Translations under genes and position numbers: made by a program
Notes under the pieces: model-generated
Database searches by the model: none
What the model was told of the DNA's origin: nothing
What the model saw: the letters and a program-made list of their open reading frames with translations, nothing else
Part shown: one piece after another, positions 1-8,558 of the stretch
How the letters are laid out: each line of letters starts with the position of its first letter
How positions within the stretch are numbered: position 1 is the first letter of the stretch
Assembly: GCA_947631025.1 (NCBI GenBank)
Contig: CANRKA010000001.1
Location: forward strand, 8,007-72,006
Direction of reading: 5' to 3'
Source: an uncultured Clostridia bacterium
GTDB lineage: Bacteria; Bacillota; Clostridia; TANB77; CAG-508
Length of the DNA: 64,000 nt

Positions 1-583
1 TATTACTGTTTATTTCATTATTATTGGTTGGCGTTTCTATTTTTAATATTCCTCTTTCTGTTTTTGGTTCTATTTTAATTTCTATCGCTTCTAATCTTAA
101 TGATTTTCCTTCTGTTCCTGCTGTTTCTCCATCATATCTCCAATCTTGCCATCCTATATTTTGTACATGTACTCTATATTTTATTGAATATTCTTCTGTA
201 TTTTCTAACTTTATATTTATAGCTTCTAACCTGAGTCCTCTTCCCGTTGTTCCTGCTATTTCTCCATTTGTTTTCCAATTTTGCCAACCTATTCCTTCTA
301 CATGTACTTTATATTTTATTTTTACATTTTCTGGCGCATTTATTGCATCTATCTTTATAGCTTCTAACCTTAGTCCTTCTCCTGTTGTTCCTGCCATTTC
401 CCCATTTTCCATTTCTTTTTGCCAACCTAACCCCTGTACATGCGTTGTATATTTAATAGAATAATCATTGTCTAATTCTCTATTTTCCATATTATTTGCT
501 AATACATTTTTTTGAAAAAAAACATTAAGCAAAATTAAGCTTATAAATATAATAACATAACAAAAAAATTTATATTTTCTCAT
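1..583 (-). CDS. Secreted ChW-repeat (clostridial hydrophobic-W) protein. It is 3'-truncated by the window edge.
   Basis: A minus-strand ATG at 583 follows a GGAGAAG RBS. The translation begins MRKYKFFCYVIIFISLILLNVFFQKNVLA, a signal peptide. Three ~44-aa repeats follow, each with HVQG(L/I)GWQ..W...GE.AGTTG.GLRLEAI, the ChW repeat signature. The ORF is open to position 1. It is absent from the ORF track only because it has no in-window stop. Confidence 0.75.
   Translation of the reverse strand, partial: MRKYKFFCYVIIFISLILLNVFFQKNVLANNMENRELDNDYSIKYTTHVQGLGWQKEMENGEMAGTTGEGLRLEAIKIDAINAPENVKIKYKVHVEGIGWQNWKTNGEIAGTTGRGLRLEAINIKLENTEEYSIKYRVHVQNIGWQDWRYDGETAGTEGKSLRLEAIEIKIEPKTERGILKIETPTNNNEINSN
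87..480. repeat. Three tandem ~130-135 bp DNA repeats. They are the coding ChW repeats of the minus-strand gene.
   Basis: Units begin gcttctaa(t/c)c at about 87, 222 and 351 with high identity. The plus-strand ORF 24..464 is the antisense reading of these repeats. Confidence 0.8.
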
Positions 584-635
584 AACTCACTTCTCCTATC
601 TATCTATTTTATTTTAATACAATTTTATATTACAA

Positions 636-2078
636 TCAATGGAAATTATTGTATATTTTTTTTAAATTATTATTAACAATATTATTTTTTAAAAGTGACA
701 GTACGATAACATAAATTATGGTTCCTGTTATTATCTGAATTAGAGTATTAATTAAAGATTTTTCAATTAACACAAATTTGTCAACATAAGTTAGTACTAT
801 AAACATAACTGTTCCACTTAAAATATATTTATATATTTTTTTTATTAAGTATTTTATTTTAATTATCTCTTTTATATAAAAATATTGAATTATTAAAACA
901 ACTGCCTCAGCAACAACAGATGCAATTGCAGCTCCTTTTGCATGAAAAAAATATATTAAAAAACTATTTAATACTATATTAGTTATACATCCCATAACAA
1001 TGGATATTGTATATTCTTTTTGTCTTTTCATTGAAACTAAATATTGTGCTCCTATAATATTAGTTAGACCTATTATCAAAATTATAGGACTCATAGTTAC
1101 TAAAACTTCTGATACTGGTTCATATCCTTTTCCTAAAAACCATGGAATCAATTTACTTGATATTGCACAAATTCCAAACGTCATTGGAATACCAACAAAG
1201 AAAACAAACTCAATAGTTTTTATTAAACATTTATTAACTTCTTTTTCTTCTTTTTTTGCTACATAAATAGACATTCTAGATAATATAACCGTTCCCATAG
1301 AAGTTATAACTGTTAACATAGTTTTTAAAATTCTTTGAGCTTGTTCATAATATCCCACTTCTTTCATATCCTTTAATATTAATCCAATCATTGACTTATC
1401 TAAAATTGTATATACTTGAACTGCAATTTGCGGTAGAAAAAGTGTTACCATTGGAATTAATCTTTTTTTTAGGTTAAGTTCTGATAGTTTTATTTTTTCT
1501 ATATATTTAGGTAAATATGCCCATAATGTACCAAACCCAAGAATATCGACAAAAACAATTATAAATATGTATTTCCATAGATCATTTTCAGTTCTTACTA
1601 ATAAAAAAATTAAAATTAATCCTAAAATTCTAACAATTGTATTCCTAAAAACAGTTTTTTTAAATTCTTCTAAGCCTTGTAAAAACCATGTAATATCAAG
1701 TGAATAAGCTATAATTTCAAATAATAATATTCTAAAATAAACAACATAACTACCTTTTATACAAAAAATTAGAAAATATAAAACGAGTGAAATAGCCATA
1801 GAAATAAAATGTAATATTTTTATCTCCCAGAATGCAATACTTCTTTTCTTTTTGTCATTATAGACATATGCGATTTCCCTTTGACCATATATTGTAACAC
1901 CTAGTGTACCCAGTAAAACGAAAAAAGTAACATATGAAAATGTATATCCATATGTTCCTATATTGTGTACCCCCAATACCCTAGATACATAAGGGGTAGT
2001 AATTAATATAATTACCATTGCAAGTATTTGATAAAACAAATTATATATGTAATTTAAAGTTACACTTTTCCCTTTCAT
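636..2078 (-). CDS. wzx: Wzx-type polysaccharide flippase (MOP/PST family)
   Basis: 480 aa with about 12-14 predicted TM segments. The N-terminus YQILAMVIILITTPYVSRVLGVHNIGTYGYTFSYVTFFVLLGTLGVTIYGQREIAY is typical of PF01943 O-unit and teichuronic-acid flippases. Confidence 0.85.
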   Translation of the reverse strand: MKGKSVTLNYIYNLFYQILAMVIILITTPYVSRVLGVHNIGTYGYTFSYVTFFVLLGTLGVTIYGQREIAYVYNDKKKRSIAFWEIKILHFISMAISLVLYFLIFCIKGSYVVYFRILLFEIIAYSLDITWFLQGLEEFKKTVFRNTIVRILGLILIFLLVRTENDLWKYIFIIVFVDILGFGTLWAYLPKYIEKIKLSELNLKKRLIPMVTLFLPQIAVQVYTILDKSMIGLILKDMKEVGYYEQAQRILKTMLTVITSMGTVILSRMSIYVAKKEEKEVNKCLIKTIEFVFFVGIPMTFGICAISSKLIPWFLGKGYEPVSEVLVTMSPIILIIGLTNIIGAQYLVSMKRQKEYTISIVMGCITNIVLNSFLIYFFHAKGAAIASVVAEAVVLIIQYFYIKEIIKIKYLIKKIYKYILSGTVMFIVLTYVDKFVLIEKSLINTLIQIITGTIIYVIVLSLLKNNIVNNNLKKIYNNFH

Positions 2079-2866
2079 TTAGTACCTCTTTTTATATTTA
2101 TTAATTTTAATAATATTTTTACTTTTATTATATCAAAAAATAAAATAATTCTATTAGTATGCCATTTTCCCATTGTAGTATTAATAATTTTAACTGTATT
2201 CTTTTGTGACTTTGAAAATCTTTTTATTTCTTTGTAATATTCTTTATTCATTGATTTACCATTTGAATGATGATAAATATTGCTCGGAATAACATATACT
2301 TTTTTTCCAATATTTTTCATTTGCACACAATATTCTACTGCATATAAATGCCACGTATTATTTTCTGTATTTAGCCTATATTTATCAAATATTTCTTTTT
2401 TTACAATAAACATTACTTCATCAACAGTCTGAACTTCAGTTGGTTTTGCTATTTTTTTATTTGTAATTTTCACTTCTGGATTTCCATTTGTAATATTTCC
2501 TATAATTATTCCTTTTTCTGTAATTCCAGCAATTCCTATAATACCAAAATCGTTTATTTGTTCCACATATTTTATAATTCTTTCTAACTCATCACTTTCT
2601 TTTATGATTATATCATGATGAACAAATACTATATAAGTTCCTTTTGCTTTTTTAGCACCATAATTTAAAGCCTCAGCTGCACTTTTAAATTTTAATTTGT
2701 TTGTATCAATAACAATCAATTCATAATTAATAAATGTTTGCTTACTAAGAGACATTATTAATTCTTTTTCAAGAATCTTTTTATTATTACTTGCACAAAT
2801 AATTGAAATCATAGCCATTTTATAATTTTTATTTTCCAAACCTTTCTTTATATTTTCCATAAACAT
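2075..2866 (-). CDS. GT2-like glycosyltransferase (small, soluble)
   Basis: The N-terminal Rossmann-like strand is MISIICASNNKKILEKELIMSLSKQTFINYELIVID. YIVFVHHDIII sits where GT2 enzymes carry the DxD motif (HHD instead of DSDD). A WHLYAVEYC motif follows. It overlaps the downstream gene by 4 nt. An alternative start at 2818 (MAMIS) is possible. Confidence 0.55.
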   Translation of the reverse strand: MFMENIKKGLENKNYKMAMISIICASNNKKILEKELIMSLSKQTFINYELIVIDTNKLKFKSAAEALNYGAKKAKGTYIVFVHHDIIIKESDELERIIKYVEQINDFGIIGIAGITEKGIIIGNITNGNPEVKITNKKIAKPTEVQTVDEVMFIVKKEIFDKYRLNTENNTWHLYAVEYCVQMKNIGKKVYVIPSNIYHHSNGKSMNKEYYKEIKRFSKSQKNTVKIINTTMGKWHTNRIILFFDIIKVKILLKLINIKRGTK

Positions 2867-3836
2867 ATATGCAAAACTTAATTAGATGTATTTTTTTAAA
2901 ACTCATAAATATAAAAATTATTAATCTAACTTTAAATCTTTCTCCTTTTGTAATTTTCCAATACTTAATTTTTTTATAATTAGGAAAATTCTTATTAATC
3001 CATTTAAAAAAAGAGTCATAATAATTACTTATTTCTTTGTAAGTTAATCCTTTGCTTAACCATTGAAGAAATTGAATTATTAATAATATAAAATATAAAG
3101 TTACAATATCTTCATTTTCTTTGTTTATGCAATTTTTGTCATTTAAAATATTATAATGAGAATCTAATAATTTAATTATATCTATTCCTTTTATTTTTTT
3201 ATCAATAGTATTTGTTACACTAATACTATTTTGATACCAATTATAACCTATATATTCTATAATTTTTACTTTCTCTGTTAATGTATTTGCTTGTAAATTG
3301 AAATATACATCTTCTCCTATTGGAATTTTAGGAAACTTAATATCATTGTCTCTTAAGAATTTTATTTTATATAGTTTTCCCCACGGAGCAATTGAATTAT
3401 ATCTAGTCCAAGAATACTTTCCATTTAATTTTACTTTATATTGAACTTTATTATCTGTCACTCTTCTATATCCAGAAATAACAATATCATAATCTTTTTC
3501 CTTAAGTTGATTTACATGTGTAATTATATAATCTTCATCTATAAAGTCATCATTGTCTATAAACATAATATAGTCGCCAGTTGCATTTTCCATTGCATTA
3601 TTTCTTGCCATACCAATACCTTGGTTTTCTTGTGATAGTGGAAAAAATATTTCAGGATATTTTCGCTTATATTCATTAATTATTTTTTGAGAATTATCAT
3701 TAGATCCATCATTTATTGGTATTATTTCTATATTACTATATTTATTGGCTAATATGCTATCAAAACATCTATGTAAATATTTTTCTGAGTTATATACTGG
3801 TATAATTATAGAAACTTTAGGATTCATTTTTTTCAC
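2829..3836 (-). CDS. Glycosyltransferase family 2
   Basis: VSIIIPVYNSEKYLHRCFDSIL...IEIIPINDGSNDNS...YIMFIDNDDF is the canonical GT2 A-fold with a DxD motif. Confidence 0.9.
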   Translation of the reverse strand: MKKMNPKVSIIIPVYNSEKYLHRCFDSILANKYSNIEIIPINDGSNDNSQKIINEYKRKYPEIFFPLSQENQGIGMARNNAMENATGDYIMFIDNDDFIDEDYIITHVNQLKEKDYDIVISGYRRVTDNKVQYKVKLNGKYSWTRYNSIAPWGKLYKIKFLRDNDIKFPKIPIGEDVYFNLQANTLTEKVKIIEYIGYNWYQNSISVTNTIDKKIKGIDIIKLLDSHYNILNDKNCINKENEDIVTLYFILLIIQFLQWLSKGLTYKEISNYYDSFFKWINKNFPNYKKIKYWKITKGERFKVRLIIFIFMSFKKIHLIKFCIYVYGKYKERFGK

Positions 3837-4830
3837 CTTCTTCTATATCTTTTTTTATATTTCTAGCTCTTAATTTTATAAATGTTGGTATTAATGAATT
3901 AATTATATTGTATCTTATTATTGGAAATGGTTTTGTTATAAAATTAAATATATTCCAACATATAAAATATATTTTCCATCCATCTTCTATTCCCATATTT
4001 TTCCAGGGTGTTTTATTTAAATATTTAAAATAATCATCTTTATATTTGTGCTTATTTCCTATTCTCCATGGTCTTTCCTCTCCTAAATAGTGAATGATTA
4101 TTGGATTTTCAAGTGCCTTATAAAAAACATCTTCTTTCACATATTCAACTGGTTTCATTATTTTTGTTAAAAATTTGTAGGGATACTTATAAAGATTATT
4201 ACAAAAATTATATGTAGGAGATAATGTATATATTTCTTCAGATAATGCTCCGTTTATTGCATCTTGGTCATTTGCAAATAATTTACCTTTATTCGCTTTG
4301 TAATAATCTAATACTTTTTTACCAATTTTTTCATCTCTCCATTTTTTTAAATTAATTAATAAAACACCTGCATTATAATATGGTTTAAATTCTAGTCCTA
4401 AATCTTTCTTTCTTTTTTTATCTACATTTGGTTCGATGCAAGCTCCAATACTATATTTTTCTATATTTGTATTCCATAATTCTTGTAAGTTTCCTCTAAC
4501 AATTGTGTCTCCATCTAAATATAATATTTTATCAATTTCTTCCGGTAAAAAAAAATCTAAAATCAATCTTGCTAAGACTATTTGATTCCATCCTGTAGTA
4601 TCAAATTCAAAATCTATATACCTTTTTATGTTACCCAATTCCTTTATTGTCAAATTTCTGCCATATCCATTAATAAAATCTTTTAATTTACATTTATTTT
4701 CTTCAGTTATTCCATCAGATATTAAATAAAAATTTATTTCTTTAAAATCCTTATTATTTTCACAAATTGAACAAATTCCTGCTGAAACTTGAGGTACAAA
4801 TTTATCATTTAAAGTATATAAAATATTCAA
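3817..4830 (-). CDS. Glycosyltransferase family 8 (LPS glucosyl/galactosyltransferase-like)
   Basis: ILYLDGDTIVRGNLQELW (DxD) and YYNAGVLLINLKKWR...ANDQDAIN are GT8 hallmarks. Confidence 0.85.
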   Translation of the reverse strand: MNILYTLNDKFVPQVSAGICSICENNKDFKEINFYLISDGITEENKCKLKDFINGYGRNLTIKELGNIKRYIDFEFDTTGWNQIVLARLILDFFLPEEIDKILYLDGDTIVRGNLQELWNTNIEKYSIGACIEPNVDKKRKKDLGLEFKPYYNAGVLLINLKKWRDEKIGKKVLDYYKANKGKLFANDQDAINGALSEEIYTLSPTYNFCNNLYKYPYKFLTKIMKPVEYVKEDVFYKALENPIIIHYLGEERPWRIGNKHKYKDDYFKYLNKTPWKNMGIEDGWKIYFICWNIFNFITKPFPIIRYNIINSLIPTFIKLRARNIKKDIEEGEKNES

Positions 4831-4856
4831 AATTATCTCCTTTCATTAATTTTATA

Positions 4857-5897
4857 TTACCATTTTATATCTATCTTTAAAACATCTACAACAAATCTAT
4901 ATAATTTTATATAAATAATAGCTAAATTCATTTTATATAGTTTTTGTACAAACCAAATAGCAATAAATTTTATTCCCTTTTTTGCACTATGAGAGAAACT
5001 TAAAAACCTATTTTTCTTCCATGTTGGAAAGTTTTCATTTAAATATTTTTTTGTTTCTTTAAGCATTTGCATCATTTTTACATTTTTATCATATGATACC
5101 ATAATCATCCAAGATAAACCTAAATGAAGAAAAGCCATTTCGTCCATTAAATATTTACATTCATCATATTTTCCTATTTTTATTAAATTTTCTTTGGTAA
5201 CTAACAAATATTTTTTTAGATTTTGTATATCTTTTGGTCCTATATTATGTATTTGAGAACTTTGTCTAATATAATAATGATATAAGATATCTGGTATAAA
5301 TGTTAGTATTTCTATTTTATCAAATAAAGCATTTATTAAAAATAATGTATCATTACAGCCTCTAAATGGTAAAAATTCAATATCTTTTACTTTTTCCCTT
5401 TTATAAATCTTATTCCACAAAGAAGGATTTATAAATACAATAAAATCATCAGTATATTCAACTTTTTTCGTCATTGTTCCGTATTGTTGCATCTCAACAT
5501 TTATAGTTTTTCCAGTATCTAAATCTATCCTATCATATCCAGAAAAGGCAATATCTGCATTATTTTTTTCTGCTGCATTATATAATTTTTCAGCCCAAGT
5601 TATTTCAGGAACGTCATCGCTATCAATAAATCCAACATATTTTCCTGTTGCTTTTTTTAGTCCATAATTTCTTGCAGACCATTCTCCGCCATTTTCTTTA
5701 TGAAAAACTTTTACTTTATTAGGATATTTCTCTTTATAACTCTCTATAATTTGTGGAGCTGAATCTGTTGATCCATCATTTACACATATTATTTCTATTT
5801 CTTCAAGCGTCTGATTTACTAATGCATCCATACATCTTGGTACAAATTCTTCTAGGTTGTATATTGGTACTACTATTGAAACTTTATATTTGTCCAT
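4857..5897 (-). CDS. Glycosyltransferase family 2
   Basis: VSIVVPIYNLEEFVPRCMDALVNQTLEEIEIICVNDGSTDS...YVGFIDSDDV. Confidence 0.9.
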   Translation of the reverse strand: MDKYKVSIVVPIYNLEEFVPRCMDALVNQTLEEIEIICVNDGSTDSAPQIIESYKEKYPNKVKVFHKENGGEWSARNYGLKKATGKYVGFIDSDDVPEITWAEKLYNAAEKNNADIAFSGYDRIDLDTGKTINVEMQQYGTMTKKVEYTDDFIVFINPSLWNKIYKREKVKDIEFLPFRGCNDTLFLINALFDKIEILTFIPDILYHYYIRQSSQIHNIGPKDIQNLKKYLLVTKENLIKIGKYDECKYLMDEMAFLHLGLSWMIMVSYDKNVKMMQMLKETKKYLNENFPTWKKNRFLSFSHSAKKGIKFIAIWFVQKLYKMNLAIIYIKLYRFVVDVLKIDIKW

Positions 5898-5899
5898 TT

Positions 5900-6856
5900 T
5901 TACTCTCCTTGTCCTTCTTTTAAATCATAATCAATTAACCTCATTTCAAAATTTTGCTTAGTTGTTTTATTTATATTATCTAATATTAATCCCGAAATAA
6001 AAAGTTGCAAAGCAGCTAAAAAAAATAAAACAGATACTATTAATGTTGGTACTTTATATACTAAACCAGTGTGTGAAAAAGTAACAACAATAGGTATAAA
6101 CATAGCTAATCCTATTATTAGAGAGATACAAGAAAGTATACTAAAAAAACCAAATGGTTTATAGTTTTTATAGAATCCAAATATAGTTTTTAATACTTTT
6201 ATTCCATCTGAAATTGTATTTAATTTTGATACACTTCCATCTGGTCTATCTCTGTATTCAATTATTATATTTTTTACTTTTAAATTTCTATCTAAAGTAT
6301 GAATCGTCATTTCAGTTTCCAATTCAAAACCCTTAGATAAAACAGGAAATGTTTTTACAAATTTATAACTAAATGCTCTATACCCTGTCATTACATCTCT
6401 AATATCACTATTATATATTCTATTAATTAATGACCTTACAAGTACATTTCCAAAATTATGAAACACTCTTTTGTTCTCAGTAAAATAAGTAGAAGACAAT
6501 CTGTCACCAATTACCATATCAATATTTTCATTTAATACTGCATTAACAAATTCTCTAGCATTTTCTGAAGGATAAGTGTCATCTCCATCGACCATAATAT
6601 AGCACTCAGCATCTATTTCTCTAAACATTGTTCTTATTACATTTCCTTTTCCTTGTTTAGTTTCCTTTCTTACAATTGCTCCGGCTTCTTTTGCTATATC
6701 TGCTGTTTTATCTTTTGAATTATTATCATAAACATATATTTTTGCATCTGGTAAATTTCTCTTAAAATCTTTTACTACTTTTCCAATTGTTTTTTCTTCA
6801 TTATAACAAGGTATTAAAACTGCTATTTTATCCATTTTTTTCTCCTTCATTTTCAT
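5900..6856 (-). CDS. GtrB/ArnC/DPM1-like polyprenyl-phosphate glycosyltransferase (GT2 with C-terminal TM anchor)
   Basis: IAVLIPCYNEEKTIGKVV...YVYDNNSKDKTADIA...GKGNVIRTMF...YIMVDGDDTY, then two C-terminal TM helices (FFSILSCISLIIGLAMFIPIVV..., LIVSVLFFLAALQLFISGLILD). This architecture belongs to lipid-carrier sugar donors for extracytoplasmic glycosylation. Confidence 0.85.
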   Translation of the reverse strand: MKMKEKKMDKIAVLIPCYNEEKTIGKVVKDFKRNLPDAKIYVYDNNSKDKTADIAKEAGAIVRKETKQGKGNVIRTMFREIDAECYIMVDGDDTYPSENAREFVNAVLNENIDMVIGDRLSSTYFTENKRVFHNFGNVLVRSLINRIYNSDIRDVMTGYRAFSYKFVKTFPVLSKGFELETEMTIHTLDRNLKVKNIIIEYRDRPDGSVSKLNTISDGIKVLKTIFGFYKNYKPFGFFSILSCISLIIGLAMFIPIVVTFSHTGLVYKVPTLIVSVLFFLAALQLFISGLILDNINKTTKQNFEMRLIDYDLKEGQGE

Positions 6857-7055
6857 ATTTGTTTTTAATTATTGTAACTTCTTGTTTTTAATACTTTTTT
6901 ATATTTATTCTATTCTTTTTTTATAAATCTTAATCCTATAACAATATCTATATCTTGTTCCTTTATCATTTTATTTATATATTCAGAATCATCTTTTTCA
7001 TTAATTTGTAATAACTACATTATAATTATTTTTAATATTTTCTCTTTAGTATTCT

Positions 7056-8538
7056 TTATATCTCTACTTTTTCAACTTTCTTTGCTTTTATATTGTTCTT
7101 TGTATATATTGATATTAAAAGTAGTATAGAAAAATAACAAGTTATGCAATTAGGGTAAAAATATCTTTGATCTTGAGATGTTATTAAAATAATGTATGGT
7201 GCTATATTTAAATACATTGGTAATAACATAAGTAAATATCTTATCTTTTTCTTATTAATTGCTAATATTAATATTAACATTGTTGAAATGATCATTGAAG
7301 TAGCAGGTCTATATACTAACATATAAATTATACCATTATTCAATGTAAATATAGTATATTTATATATTATATCGTGCATTCTTTGTAGTTTAGGATGGTT
7401 ATCGTATTTTCCTCCAGATATTTTACTAATCCATGAATTCTCTAAAACTACACTATTTAAGCTATAATATTCTTTTATACTCCAATCTATTGTATTTAAT
7501 TTAATAAAATGTTTTAAAATTACAGTTGGATTTCTTTTTGCGTACTTAATAAACATATCTCCAAATTTATCGTTATCTTCTTTACTAGCAGCATATGCAT
7601 TACCATTTAATTTTGGATTATAATGTATTCCAGCAGCAGTATAAGGAGTATAATTTTCTTTCCATACTTCTATATCTAATATATTATTTAAAAATTCTAA
7701 ATCTTCTTGTTCCATTTCTATATCTGAATTCAAAATTGCACCCATTGCATGGAGTAAAGTTCCATTAACATATCTATATATACTTTTTTCTGAAGTATTT
7801 TGTTCTTCTAGTACCTTTTCTTTAGATAAAACTTTTTGGGGTATACCTGTAATTAAATAAATTGCTATAAAACTTACTATAAAAATAGTACTAATTTTTA
7901 TTTTTCTTTGTTTTATCAAATTTATTATAAGAATTAGTGCAAACATTGAAAATCCTATAATAAATCCATTATGTCTAAATCTTGTAACACAAACCAGTGC
8001 CAACGTTAATAATATTATATCTTTTACAGTTAATTTAAAATCACTTCTTATAAAATTATAAACACATATTAATATTGCAAGAAATGAATATGAGTATAAT
8101 ATATCTTTCCATAATGTTATCGAATACATAAAATTTAATGGTAAAATAACTATTATTAATGTAACAATATATTGAAGAACTTTATTTTTTAAAGTATTAT
8201 TTTCTTTTCTTAATTGTCTGCAACCCCATGTCCAAATTATAGCAAACACAATAATTTGAAACATAGCAGATGCAGAAACATTTCCAAACAATTTTGCTAT
8301 ATTTCCTAATATAAATGTATGAAATATAGGATGAGCTCCGTTATAATTTCCGCGTTTCAGCCTGATTCATTTGGTCAACAGAGTCTGATGTAAGTATTGC
8401 TGGAAAAAAAGATAAAAGAACAGTTCCAAAAAGTATTATTATTGTAAGGAATATAGCGATATCAATTTTATCTATTATTTTAAAACTGTTTTTATTTTTT
8501 TCTACATTCTCAAATTTTTCATTTTTTATCTTTTTCAT
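7056..8538 (-). pseudogene. Polytopic membrane protein, putative GT-C-type partner of the GtrB-like enzyme. The reading frame is broken at about 8340-8370.
   Basis: ORF 8341..8538 (MKKIKNEKF...IAIFLTIIILFGTVLLSFFPAILTSDSVDQ...) ends 50 nt before ORF 7056..8291, which starts on TTG. The downstream frame stays open upstream (..NYNGAHPIFHTFILGNIAKLFGNVSASAMFQIIVF..) and overlaps the upstream frame. A 1-nt indel would fuse both into one protein of about 480 aa and 11-13 TM segments. The break lies in a locally GC-rich patch. Confidence 0.55.
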
Positions 8539-8558
8539 AAAAAATCCCTTCTATAATT

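Noticed and set aside
24-464. 146-aa plus-strand ORF with internally repetitive, proline-rich, low-complexity translation
   Set aside because: It is the antisense reading of the three tandem ChW repeats of the minus-strand gene 1..583, which has a start, an RBS and a recognisable domain. The plus-strand ORF has no start context and no domain.
1000-1266. Plus-strand ORFs of 60-140 aa nested inside minus-strand genes (for example 1000..1266, 3441..3635, 11796..12151, 13913..14259, 37018..37296, 37906..38259, 39790..40642, 46644..48477)
   Set aside because: They lie entirely within well-supported minus-strand coding sequences. Their translations are low-complexity (F, L, I, Y-rich), as expected from antisense reading of AT-rich codons. 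None has an RBS or domain signature.
4557-4565. A9/T9 tract inside the GT8 gene, and other A/T runs of 7-9 nt, as phase-variation switches
   Set aside because: At roughly 75% AT, such runs are expected many times by chance in 64 kb and are seen in housekeeping genes too (for example recD2 at 38188-38210). Only the G8 tract at 10127 is statistically unusual.
8341-8538. 65-aa ORF as an independent small membrane protein (candidate GtrA-like flippase)
   Set aside because: It has only one TM helix. It overlaps in frame-shifted fashion with the upstream extension of ORF 7056..8291. The more parsimonious reading is that it is the N-terminus of that broken gene.
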